This document shows, piece after piece, positions 34,591-46,977 of a stretch of DNA of 64,000 bases (positions are counted from its first letter, which is position 1; each line of letters opens with the position of its first letter). The stretch covers positions 17,610,001-17,674,000 of the forward strand of contig NC_087245.1 in assembly GCF_037042905.1 (NCBI RefSeq), written 5' to 3'. Below the pieces are notes generated by a model, which made no database searches, was not told the DNA's origin, and saw only the letters and a list, made by a program, of their open reading frames with translations. The stretch is from Lytechinus pictus. Its lineage: Eukaryota. A program made the translations under genes and the position numbers.

Positions 34591-37500
34591 ATGAAAAAAA
34601 CATCAGTAATCATGGTAAGCTCATACTTTCTATTATTATTATTATTACTATTATCTTTATTATTATTATCATTATCGCAGATTTCATATCCGTCATGAAT
34701 TATCATGGACATAATTACGGTTTCATGATGTTTACTTTTACTTCTTAGGCCAATTTTCCATTTCCTTTCTTGGTCAATAAAAAAAAATGAACTAAAATAG
34801 TTGCCAGTTATGTACACGTTGCACTCCTGTATTTGTCCCCCCCCCCTCATCTCTCCATATATATATCTCTCTCTCCCTCCTTGAACAGTCTTGAAAACAA
34901 GTCCTTATTCTTTTTTAATGTTCGATTTATTTAGGGAAAATTGATTTTGTATTCAGTTACGTCCATCACAATCGTCATGGAATTCTTAATTGATATATCT
35001 TTCTGCTTCTTTCAGTCTGTTGTATGCTCATCACAGAGTTTGCCTATTTTCCTGTTCCTCATTCCAGTGAGTTTCGTTCATGGTGGTAAGTTTGAATTTG
35101 ATATTTTGACCCTTTTTTATTTGTATTGATTATCATGATTACAAACAGAACATCTCATAATTACTGTAGACAAAAAGAAAAACAACATAGAAAAAATAAC
35201 TAAAATAATAATCAGAATAACAATATCAATAAGAATATAAAGTGACCCTGTTTTTAATCATACACTTTCTTCTTATAATATTTTTGCGATTTATAAATCG
35301 CGGTATAATCTGTGAAGAGAATGTAATGTTGGATTATAACATAGCCAATCCTTACTATCTTTTCAACAGTAAAGTAAATTGTGGAGAAAACACTCGGAAT
35401 GATCACGAATGTATCACAGATCCCGTGATCCCACTTTTATTTGTTGTAACTTCCAGTTTAGTTCATACTTCAGTACTTTACATATTTAAAAGAAATATTC
35501 GGGGAAACGCATAAACGATCAAAATTACCGTCTTGTCGATTTTTTTTAACAATACAGTTGCTTAATATCAAAAGAGCTTTGCGACCCAGACCCTTTATCA
35601 TGTAAGAACATCACTCTATCTGGAGGGAGATCGATTCAATTCATTCGAAGATTAGCATCAACATCAAACGATCCTGAACCAGTTCTGGTAAAACTCCCAT
35701 CTTGGCGCCATTTTGTCTGTGTTTTACCGAAAAGAAATGGTGAGTGCATAAAAACGATCTTCTACATATATTTTGGACATGATAGGCCTATGTCCCCTTA
35801 CATCATAAGATTTCGCAAAAATATTTTCTAGGCTATTTGGATTACAGTTGCTTATTTCACCTTTCTTTAGATGGGTATTATGACCGGTTCCCTCGAGCCA
35901 TTTGGCGCATCTTCCTCCCGGATCTTCCTGTTCCTATAATATGCTAAAGAGATACTGTAACCGGCGTGTGGTTTATCGTGTTTAAGTATTTCTGGAGGAG
36001 CCGCATCTGTTACAGGTGCTCTTCGAATTGTTATTTTTGTGTGACATTGTAGAGTTTTGCTTCTGACCAAATTGCTTTGTTGCACCAGATATGCAAAAGT
36101 CTATACATGTTATTCATTGGCAGCGGAACGATTTTGAAAGGGGGAGGGGCTGAACATACACAAAATCGCAATCATGGTCATTTTTGCGTTTTTGTACAAA
36201 GTTTTGGGAAAAGTGGGGCTAAAGCCATGTTAATCTGTAAATGTGGAAGGGTCTGGTTAATTAAAGACTTCATTATTAACTTTTCCCCTTGTTTGTCTTT
36301 TATTTCGGATCGTGCTTTCCTACTATATATTTTGCAAAGAGCAATTTTGTACGATTCGTATTGACTGCATCCTATGCATTCTGCTTCCTCTTCTTGAACC
36401 ATGGACTGTGTTTTACAGTGTTTCGTAAATATCTTATCGATAATAGTACAATGTGCCTTTACACTATCTTCTATAGGCCGGCCAGACCGGATTCGTTAAC
36501 GTTTTTGCTTTCTTCCATCATCATGATCATGATATGTGTCCATGTTTCTACTACAAGAAGTTTTGTCCCAATACAATCACCATCCGTAAATAGTTTTTTA
36601 ATTAGCATTATTATATCGTCTTTGTATTATTATGTCAATATCGTAGAGACTCCTACGGATGCATCACCACCACTAGAAACTCTCGATGGAGGAAGTTCGA
36701 CAACTTCGCCAGAAATTTCATCCAGTGGATCAACTGAAGCTTCGTCAAAACAAGCAATGTCAGGCTCTTCGACTACTCCATCAGAACCTACGACCAATGG
36801 TAAAACAAGCCCCCAGCCCCCCTTCTCGGTTCCGTGGCCCATGTTTATCTGTAATAGCTCCATGGCTAAAGTGATAGGCCCGTATTCTGAAGTCAGGTTT
36901 AAGCTAAACTCAGGTTTAAAATTGTGGTTTAAGTATGGACAGCCAAAAGTATCAATTTTTTTTATTAAGTTGTACGTTTCTTATGTTTACTGTGCTCTTT
37001 CTTGATTCATCGATGGTGAAGACAATAATCTATATATACTTCCTAGACAATTATGAATGATTTGAGAGCCAAATGAGCTGAAATATGATATCCCTACTGT
37101 TAGTGATTTATGTAACAATTGGCTGTCCATACTTAAACCACAACTTTAAACCTGAGTTTAAGTTAAACCCGACTTCAGAATACGGGCCATAGGGTCTGAT
37201 AACACTTCCGTAATGATTTTCCTCGTTTGTCCTTTAAGTCGGATCGTGCATTCCTCCTAACTCTTTTGCAATTTGGTAGCGCGATTTTGCACGATTCTTA
37301 TTGACCCAATCCTGTGCAGTCTTCTTCCTTTTCTTGAACCATGGATCATGTTTTTCATTGTTCCTTTAATGTCTCATCGAGAAAAGTGCTACTATCAATG
37401 TTTCTTCTAGACCAGACCGGTTTTGCTAATGTTTTTGCTCTCTTCCATTCATCTATGATAATAATAATAATAATATAGGGTATTTATATTGCGCACATAT

Positions 37501-40500
37501 CCACCTTGTTAGGTGCTCAAGGCGCTCCTATATTACCCGGCTAAGCTAGGCGTTCTTCCATGTTCCTACAGGAAGTTCTGTCCCAACACAATCACCATCG
37601 GTAATTGTTTTTTATGTCAATATCGTATAGATACTCCCATGGATGCATCACCACCCCAAGAAACTCCTGGTGGAGGAAGTTCGACAACTTCACCAGAACT
37701 TTCATCCATTGGATCACCTGAAGCTTCGTCAGAACAAGCAATGACCCCAATGACAGGCTCTTCAACTACTCCATCAGAACCTGCGACCAATGGTACAACA
37801 ATATATTCGCAGGAACATACGTCAGGTTATTCGACAACTCCATCAGAACATACGACAGACGATGCGGCTACAACTTTGTCACACCCTACAACAATTCCTT
37901 CTACGGAGGCTTTACCTGAAACCACAACTAAAGGAAATTTAGATGTGAATTCATGTAAGATGCTCTATTCAATGGGGCATCAAACAAGTGGTGTCTATGC
38001 CATCTCTCCTAGCGGTGTGGGACTGACCGATGTCTACTGCGATATGACCACCGATAGCGGAGGGTGGACAATCTTCCAGGTACGTTCCGCTAGGTTCTCG
38101 GTGTGAAATGAATCTATCCGATGTTTATGTTTTATTAAGATGGTCAATATTTTTGCTTAATCGCATCTTTTTTTTCCCTTTTTTTTTAATTTTTTTTAAA
38201 AAGAACTTTCGCTCTATCCACCATTTCATTCTGGCCTCTTCATCATGTTAATATAGGCCAAATAAGTAGAATTTTGTAGACTTGCTCGGTTCGCCCGCTC
38301 ACAATTTTTCTGAAATATTCCAACGTATCTAAATTCAACCTTCTCTTGCACGCTCACTATTCGATAATTTTTTTCACATACCACATCCTTCACAATAATA
38401 ATGTGCATACAGAAACGTTATGACGGATCTGTGGATTTTTACCGCAATTATACCGAGTATGTTCGTGGATTTGGTGACGTCGAGGGCGAATACTGGTTGG
38501 GATTAGACCAACTCTACTTACTTGCTAAAGATGGAGTCGAACTCAGAATCGATATGGTTGATTACGATAACAATCCATTCTACGCTCATTATGGCAGTTT
38601 TAGCATTGGAAGTACCAACACCAAGTAAGGTTCTTACAATTTTCCTTCGCTATAATTATAGAGAGAGCGTATGGAAAACGTTACATTTTGGAAAAGCTGT
38701 CAAAATTACGCTTATTAATGAAGTATCATTGTGTAATATCTCTAAAATCTTCTCTATTAGATGACACCACGATATATTTTGTTCATGCTTGAGCGCAAAA
38801 CGATCAGAGTGACGAGAATGGCTTGCGCCATAATGAAGGAAATGGGCAGTCAAATCAAATGATTTGCTCGAGTTATTAAGATCTTTTCACATACTATTTA
38901 TTCTTAATTAGTACAGGATAGAAGAGGCATAACCTTGTTTTTACATATATATTATATTTTTTGATGGTTTCTTGTCAATTTGAGGGTGCTGATTACGAAT
39001 CTGAATGATGCCACTCGTGTAACCTTGAGCCTTTTCCACAAATGGGCAAAATCCAATATGGCCGCCAAAATATGCAAATTACCCATGAAAATCATAAAAT
39101 TGCCCGCACATTGGCAACAAAATACATGAAAGTGTGTGGCAGGAGTGAAATACTCGCTGAAAAAATAATTTTTGACAAAATATCTATTTTCTGGATCATA
39201 ATGGCCGCCATAGGCCTCTGTATACTCTATTATGTGCAACATGAATAGGGAAAACTAATTTTCACAAAAAATGAGCACTAAACTGCAAGAAATCGTGATC
39301 TATGAACGAAGTTCTGTATGCAAATCGTCATTACTAACGAGATATATCATTTATTATATCATGTATGGGAACATTTCTGTATTTTGATATTTAAAATAGC
39401 CGCCACTGGCCAAAACAGTATTATGTACAATGGCAAAGGGGGCCAAAAAAATCACAAGAGTGAGCACTAAAATGCATATTATTAAGATAAACGAGTGGAA
39501 TACTGACTAAAAACATAATTGTTAGCGAAATTTATCATTTAATATACCATATATGTGATAAATGTTGTATTTTGATATTCAAAATTGCTGCCTAAGACCC
39601 TAACAGTATTATGTACAATGAGAAAGAGGACCAAAGAAATTACAAGAGGTGGCACTAAAATGCATATGTATGTGATAAAGTTACGTAATACTGTCTAAAA
39701 AAAAAAAACATAATGAATATTCGTAGTACACGTAAATGGAGTAGATCTCCAACGAAATATAGTTTGTGTTAAATACTGTATTTTGACTTTCAAATTGGCC
39801 GCCATAGACATTGACTGTATTATGTATAATGCGAACTGGGAAACTAATATTCACAGGAGTGAGCACCATAAATGTACGTTGTAGTGATCCATGAGTAAAA
39901 TATTGCCTGAAAGCATAATTTCTAACAAGATATATCATTTATTCTGCCAGTTAGGTGACAAATACTGTATTTTAAAAGTAAAAATGGCTACTACAGGCCC
40001 TTACGGTATATTATGTACCATGTAAATGGAAAAAAAATGATTTCAACATAATTTGGCTTTGCTTGACTAAATGGTGTTGTATGAGTGAAATATTGTCTGA
40101 AAACATCATTTATAACAAAAATATATCATATCTTGTGTAATTTAGGTGATAAATATTGTATTTAAACATTCAAAATGGCCGTCATATGCCCTTTTGTGAA
40201 AATTATCTGTCGTCATTCAAATTGACGATAAGGGCCTATGATAGCTATTTTCAATTTCAAAATGCAGCATTTTCAACTTAATTACACAAGATATGATATA
40301 TCTCGGCAGAAACCATGGTTTTAGGCAATATTTCACCCTTACATCACAATTATATGCAATATCTATAGTCAAGCAAAGCCAAATTCTGTCAAAATTATAT
40401 GTCACATGTTCCTATGTACATAATACTTTTAGGACCTATGGCAGCCATTTTGGATTTCAAAGTATACAGCATTTATTACCTCCATGACCAATATGTGATG

Positions 40501-43500
40501 TATGTAGTTAGAAATCATGTTTAAGACAATATTTTTAATCGTACATAACAGTTACATGCATTTTATGATTCTCACTCTTGTGAAAATTAGTTTGGTTAGG
40601 GCTTGTAGCGGCTATTTTGAATGTCAAAATACAGTATTTATCACCTACATGGCAGAAGAAATGCTATAATTCCTTCAAAATTATGTTTTCAAATAATATT
40701 TTACTCATACAACAGGATTATATGGATTTCATAGTCAAGCAAACCCAAATTCTTACAAAATTATATGTCCCCATTTACATTCTAGATAATACTGTTAGGG
40801 CCTTTATGGGCCAATTTTGAATTTCACAATACAGCATTTATCTCATGCATGACAAAAGAAATGATATGCCTCGCTAGAAAACATGTTTTCAGACAAAATT
40901 TTACTCGTAGATCACAATTACATGTATTTTATGTTTCTTACTCTTGTGAAAAATAGTTTCTCCATTTGCATTGTACATAATGAATATAGGGCCCATGGCG
41001 GCCATTTTGAATGTCAAATTATAGCATTTATCACATACATGGCATGATGAATAATATCTTTTGTTAACAATTATGTTTTTAGTCAGTATTCCACACGTTT
41101 ATCTTAATAATATGCATTTTAGTGCTCACTCTTGTGATTTTTTTGGCCCCCATTGCCATTGTACATACTACTGTTTGGGCCAGTGGCAGCTATTTTAAAT
41201 AATAAAATACAGCAATTTTCCCATACATGACATAATATATATATCTCGTTAGTAATGGTGATTTGCATACTGTACTTCGTTCATATATCACGATTTCTTG
41301 CGGTTTAGTGCTCATTTTTGTGAAAATGAGTTTTCCCTATTCATGTTGTACATAATAGAGTTTACAAAGGGCTATGGCGGCCATTTTGAATATCCAGAAA
41401 ATAGATATTTTGTCGAAAATTATTTTTTCAGAGAGTATTTCACTCCTGCCACAAAATGTCATGCATTTATCGCCAATAAGCGGGCAATTTTGTGACTTTT
41501 ATGGGTAATTCAAATATTTTGGCGGCCATATTGGATTTTGCCAATTTGTGGAAAATGCTCAAGGTTACGCGAGTGACATCATTCAGATTCATAATCAGCA
41601 CCCTCGAATTGACAAGCAACCATAAAAAAATATTGTATATATGAAAAAACAAGGTTCGTCAATTTTCTATGGGGCCAATCCTGGACTAAATCATGCTTAA
41701 AACAGTGGACAATAGAAATTTAAAAAATCTATTTTGGGTATTCACGTACGTGATTTTGACAGCTTTTTCAAAATGAAACGTTTATCGTTCATCAAATTTT
41801 GATTTTTGTTTATATTGCTTATATAATTCTACATTACACATTACTACCGAACCAACAGCAACGGTAATTATCATTTCCCTAATCATCCCCGGGTAATTTG
41901 TGCCTTTTCACTCCCGGTTCACCCCCCCCCCCCCCCCTCCGCTCGTAATCGCGATATCTGCGCGATGGCGGAAAATGACGGTTGCATCTTAGCAAACTTT
42001 CACTAAATCTATATTATCTTGTCCCATACACAAATTAACTATCTTTATTTGTGCTATGGAAGTAGAATTTGGGGGTAAATCTATCGATAAAGCCATCGAA
42101 AAACTTTTTTTTCAGAGACTCTTTGTATCTAGGATTGTTATAAATATGCATACACATAAAATGTTTTCTTAAGTGGGTCTTTTTATCGTTGTGTTTTTCC
42201 TGTTTATTTATTTTTTTTAACTATGTTTTTTCATGGAATTTTTCGTCGATACTTGAAAGTGCTATTTAAATCGAATGTTACAAGGGCCGCGAAACCGAAG
42301 GGGGGGGCGGGTGGCGCTTCATCTCTCCCAGTATTTAACCATTTTCACAAAGAGTGAAAATGACCAACGATTTTATGCATGCCCCCCCCCCTCGCTTTCC
42401 ATATCGTTCTGCAGCCCCTCTGTTAAAAGATACAGTTACTAATTTTGACTAGAAACAGAGTTTACATTGGATTTGTGCATGAAATTACCTTTTTTAAGCA
42501 AATTTGGGCCTAACAATAACCATGAGCAGATGACCAATAAACCGTGAATTACGATAATTTAAGGGGTACTCCAGGCTGAAAATGATATGATTTGAAAAAG
42601 ATAAAGAAAAAATAGACAAACAAAACACTGAAGAATTGTTTGAAAATGGACAAGGAATAACAAAGTTATGACATTATATAGATTTGCATTATTTATTTCA
42701 TATTTTCATACATGTGTGTGTGATATATCTTTATCATGATAAAATAAGTTGCAGCCATGAATATCTCATATATTATATCAATTGTCTATCCTTTTATATT
42801 TTGTTCTTAAAGAAAAAAATGAATAAACATACTTTCATGTAAAAAAATACAAATGAACAAGTGGGGATATGATATTATCGGTCTACTCATGAAGACATGT
42901 TTAGAACTGTTTATTACGGTGAAACAGTTCTAAACATGTCTTCATGAGTAGACCGATAATATCATATCCCCACTTGTTCTTTTGTATTTTTTTACATGAA
43001 AGTATGTTTATTCATTTTTTTCTTTAAGAACAAAATATAAAAGGATAGACAATTGATATAATATATGAGATATTCATGACTGAAACTTATTTTATCATGA
43101 TAAAGATATATCACACACACATGTATGAAAATATGAAATAAATATGATTTCATGTAACAACATAAAAAGGTAAAGTGGGGAGGTGACATCATCAGCCCAC
43201 CTACTGAATATTCATGCAACGTTCATATAACTGTTTCACAATATTGCTGAATTTTACTATAGGCAAATATACTTAGATATAATAATTTTCAACCCGGAGT
43301 AACCCTTTATTCTGATGTTGATTACATTTTCAATGTAATGCTTGTTTAAATTTATTTTAAAGTAAATGAATAGAGATATTAATGAATTAATTGAAAAAAA
43401 ATAGATAAAATATAATGACGTGACAAAAAATTTATGAATTACAAAATAATATTTATGCACGGAGCATTTTTCAACTTAGGGGCCCTACGAAAATAAGAAG

Positions 43501-43932
43501 TAAAAATGAAAGTGCTGATACTTAGATCCTCGGGTGCGATACGTCAGACATATTTTCATTATATTTTCTCTTCAATCGCAATCTTGAATTTACATGACTG
43601 TTTTAAGGTTCTATATAGTCTTAGACTAAATTCAATTTAATGTATGTATTTACTATCTTCAACAAAGCTACCGAATCGGGTTTTCATCATATACCGGTAC
43701 TGCAGGAGAAGGGCTAGATGCAGCCAACGGACAGGACTTCTCAACCTATGACAATGACCATGATGACACCAGGGCTAATTGTGCTTCTCTGTACAAAGGG
43801 GGGTGGTGGTATAACGACTGTTATACAGCCAACTTGAATGGGATACACGGACTCCAAACTGGTTTGACAGCGATTATTTGGGATTTCTCTGACTCAAAAT
43901 ACATGAGAGCTACAGAAATGAAGTTAAGATGA
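34591..43932 (+). CDS. Secreted mucin-stalk fibrinogen-related protein, copy B (intact only if exon 3 is skipped; otherwise a pseudogene)
   Basis: Exons 34591-34614 (MKKTSVIM), 35016-35085, [35558-35739 with TAA at 35563-35565 and a +2 nt frameshift], 36647-36799, 37631-38079, 38413-38624, 43668-43932 (FSTYDNDHDDTRANCASLYKGGWWYNDCYTANLNG..TEMKLR*). Without exon 3 the frame is open: 1173 nt, 390 aa. Confidence 0.75.
36877..37188. mobile_element. 312-bp MITE, GGCCC ends, 3-bp TSD ATA (Harbinger- or Zator-like), copy B only
   Basis: TIR ggcccgtattctgaagtc / gacttcagaatacgggcc. Empty site aaagtg-ata-gggtctg in A and C. Confidence 0.85.
37458..37553 (-). mobile_element. Short retroposon 3'-end insertion with (AAT)n tail, copy B only
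   Basis: About 95 bp starting with (ata)n, absent from the paralogous introns (tctatgat-cttccatg). Confidence 0.5.
38909..41688. mobile_element. Academ-like element, copy B
   Basis: aat-tagtacagg..cctggacta-aat. Confidence 0.72.
42691..43143. repeat. 222-bp inverted duplication with a 9-nt loop, copy B only
   Basis: 42691-42912 is the reverse complement of 42922-43143. A has a single copy. Confidence 0.9.
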
Positions 43933-46082
43933 TCGGATTGATCCATGTTGTTGTCATTCCTTTCTACCTAATTTTTTAAGTTCTTATACAATAGTTATTT
44001 TAAAGCACAATGTAGTCCAAGTGATTGTGTATATTAGAGAATCACTTGAAAAACAGGAATAAGCAATTTAAACATATTTCATGTAATGATCTATATCTAT
44101 AATGGATTTCATGTCAACATGGTAACACGAACATGGGCCTCATGTTTCGGAGGGGGGGGGGGATGGGCTGCTCACGTATAATGGTAGAACCGGTACGTGG
44201 CTCTTAAGACCCCTTTTCACTCATTGACCAACCCGTTCTCCCTCGCTCCTTCATATCCTAACTAAGCCCTTTATTTTATTCGTCAGTTCTCGATGACCAC
44301 ATTTCATTGTAAATTCCACCCACCCCCCCCCAAAAAAAAAAATTCAGAACTTCAGTTCTTAAGAGTATGGCATCTGATTTTCTGGCCAAACATCCGTATC
44401 CTTTCCAATCCGAGTGGGGGGGGGTGCCTCTCACTGAAAAACCAGTCCAGAATGATAGTCCTTTCTCAAGAGCTTTCAAGACACTGGACCCTGGTTCCTT
44501 TCACACCTTAAGGGCGCCACCTATTGCTGTCCTTTACCAGGAAACGAAACAAAACTGTTTATTCATATTTATTTATCAAAACCTAATAGACAATCATTAT
44601 TCGGAGTTGTTAAAACTCATATTAGTGAAAAGTGCGTAAGTTTCAATATTTTACATCAATTCCAGACAATAACAGACTGTCATGAAAATTGCATTTTTCT
44701 CGTGACAATTTTATTTTCACTTTACAAAATCCCAGCCATGGCGTAATTTCCTTCAGCAAGAAATGTATCCACATTGTGCTGCACTCAACCCAGGTGAGGT
44801 GAATGGGTACCCGGTAGGAAGAAATTCCTTGAATGCTTGAGCAGCCCAGCTAAAGCCAGGGTAATAATAATAGCAGGGCCCGCTGGGAGAACAGTTTTCA
44901 GAACTGAAGTGGCTTCCCTGGGTCAATATACCTATATAACTATATTATTATAAAATACGTACCTTTTGAATTTATCTTTGATACAACCGATGTAGAAGAG
45001 GCTTGGCTATTATAGTATGACGTATAAATTTATATGTCTCTCTCTCACTTACACACCCTCCCTGCATGATTTTCTATTATTCATGCCATGTAAGTAGACT
45101 TAAGTTTTTGACGAAATACTGTTATGTTTTTGTTTATCTGCTTATATTCCTCAGATTGTATATTTGTTTTGCATTACCTAGTATTTTTGTTTTGAACAAA
45201 ATATTGGCGAATGCCAGTGATGCTCTAATAGTAAATTCAGTTCAATTCATGTTAGCAGTAAACAAACATACTCCAAGGAAGAACAAAACGAGTTCGGTCT
45301 AAAGTCTGTCCTTGGATGAACGGCGAGTTAATTAGTGAGATGAATAGACGAAATAAGTTTCATAAAATGATATTAAAGTATAAGTGCTCAGAATATACTG
45401 ACAATGGACAAAACATCGAGAATTACCGTTTACCCTTTCAAGCCACTTTAAATTTTAATGTGGAAGTGTGTGGACAATTGTAAAATGTTGATTTAAAACT
45501 TGTCAAATTTTGAGGATTTTCACATTTTTGAACTGTCTTACTGTTATACCATATTTTGCCCAATTTCTGGATATATTAATGTTTTGATATATATTTCTTC
45601 ATGTGTTAATTTAATATCCACATTTTGTGATCAAATAAAATTGGAAATATTCGCAATTATCTATTTTCAACAAAACTCACTTTCTAGTTTTCCCATGAAA
45701 CTGGCGGCATCACAGGTCGCCAACAAAGGCTACATTGCACCTGTGTATTCTTTTGTACTTCTTTAGAAATCGAAAGGTACATGAATTAATTTGCATTTCG
45801 TTGACACTCCATCTTTTTTACCTCCATGGAATTATCGACCAATTTCTCTCCTTAGTTATAATTTTTATCGAAGATTCAAGAGAGAGCTGTAGTTGCGTAA
45901 CTATGGGGGGGGGCAGAGATAACGGAGGAAAAAGAAGAGAATTGAGGAAGGAAGAAAGAGAGACATTGTGACAGACATTGTGGGAAATGAAAGAAGGGGA
46001 ATGTAAATAATATTATTTTGATAATTTGATGAAAAATAATGTGCATAGGGTCTATGTGCTCATCACTCCTGGTGCTAATATT

Positions 46083-46885
46083 TACGGAAGCTTAAAAGTG
46101 CCACCGAGATGACGAGATAATTCCTCGTCTTCTCGACTTTTTGGGTCCGATAAAGCGAGACGGTGAAATTCCAAATCTCGTCTTCTCGACTTCTCGGATA
46201 CGAGAAGATGAGAAAGCGAGATTCCAAATCTCGTCTTCTCGACTTCTCGGGTATGTGAAGATGAGAAAGCGAGATTCCAAATCTCGTCTTCCCGTCTTCT
46301 CGTGTATGTGAAGGTGAGAAAGTGAGATTCCGAATCTTGTCTTCTCGACTTCTCGGGTATGTGAAGGTGAGAAAGCGAGATTCCAAATCTCGTCTTCCCG
46401 TCTTCTCGGGTATGTGAAGGTGAGAAAGCGAGATTCCGAATCTCGTCTTCTCGACTTCTAGGGTATGAGAAGGTGAGAAAGCGAGATTCTAAATCTCGTC
46501 TTCTCCACTTCTCGGGTATGTGAAGATGAGAAAGCGAGATTCCGAATCTCGTCTTCTCGACTTCTAGGGTATGAGAAGGTGAGAAAGCGAGATTCTAAAT
46601 CTCGTATTCTCGACTTCTCGGGTATGAGAAGATGTGAAAGCGAGATTTCAAATGTCGTCTTCTCGACTTCTCGGGTATGAGAAGGTGAGAAGGCGAGATT
46701 CCAAATGTCGTCTTCTCGACTTCTAGGGTATGAGAAGGTGAGAAAGCGAGATTCTAAATCTCGTATTCTCGACTTCTCGGGTATGAGAAGATGAGAAAGC
46801 GAGATTTCAAATGTCGTCTTCTCGACTTCTCGGGTATGAGAAGGTGAGAAGGCGAGATTCCAAATCTCGTCTTCTCGACTTTTTC
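46083..46885. repeat. 54-bp tandem repeat array, left arm of the composite element
   Basis: Reverse complement of the 54-bp units at 5950-6600. Confidence 0.9.
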
Positions 46886-46977
46886 GGTATTAAAATGTAC
46901 GGAAGCTTGAGAGTGCCACAATGGTAGTCTGTCGTCATCCTGAGCCATTGTTTGTCTATATATAGGCACAGAACACG

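Larger units (their letters stand above)
28719..46076 (+). repeat. Tandem gene-unit duplicate (unit B), paralogous to 6678-28712 (unit A)
   Basis: Same order of RT relic, promoter, exons, introns, SINE and 3' flank. Both units end in catcactcctggtgct and begin with g(c/t)ctgattagatacataatccc. Confidence 0.93.

Noticed and set aside
36289..37005. 238-aa ORF
   Set aside because: Chance read-through of intron, one mucin exon and a MITE; not open in paralogues A and C.
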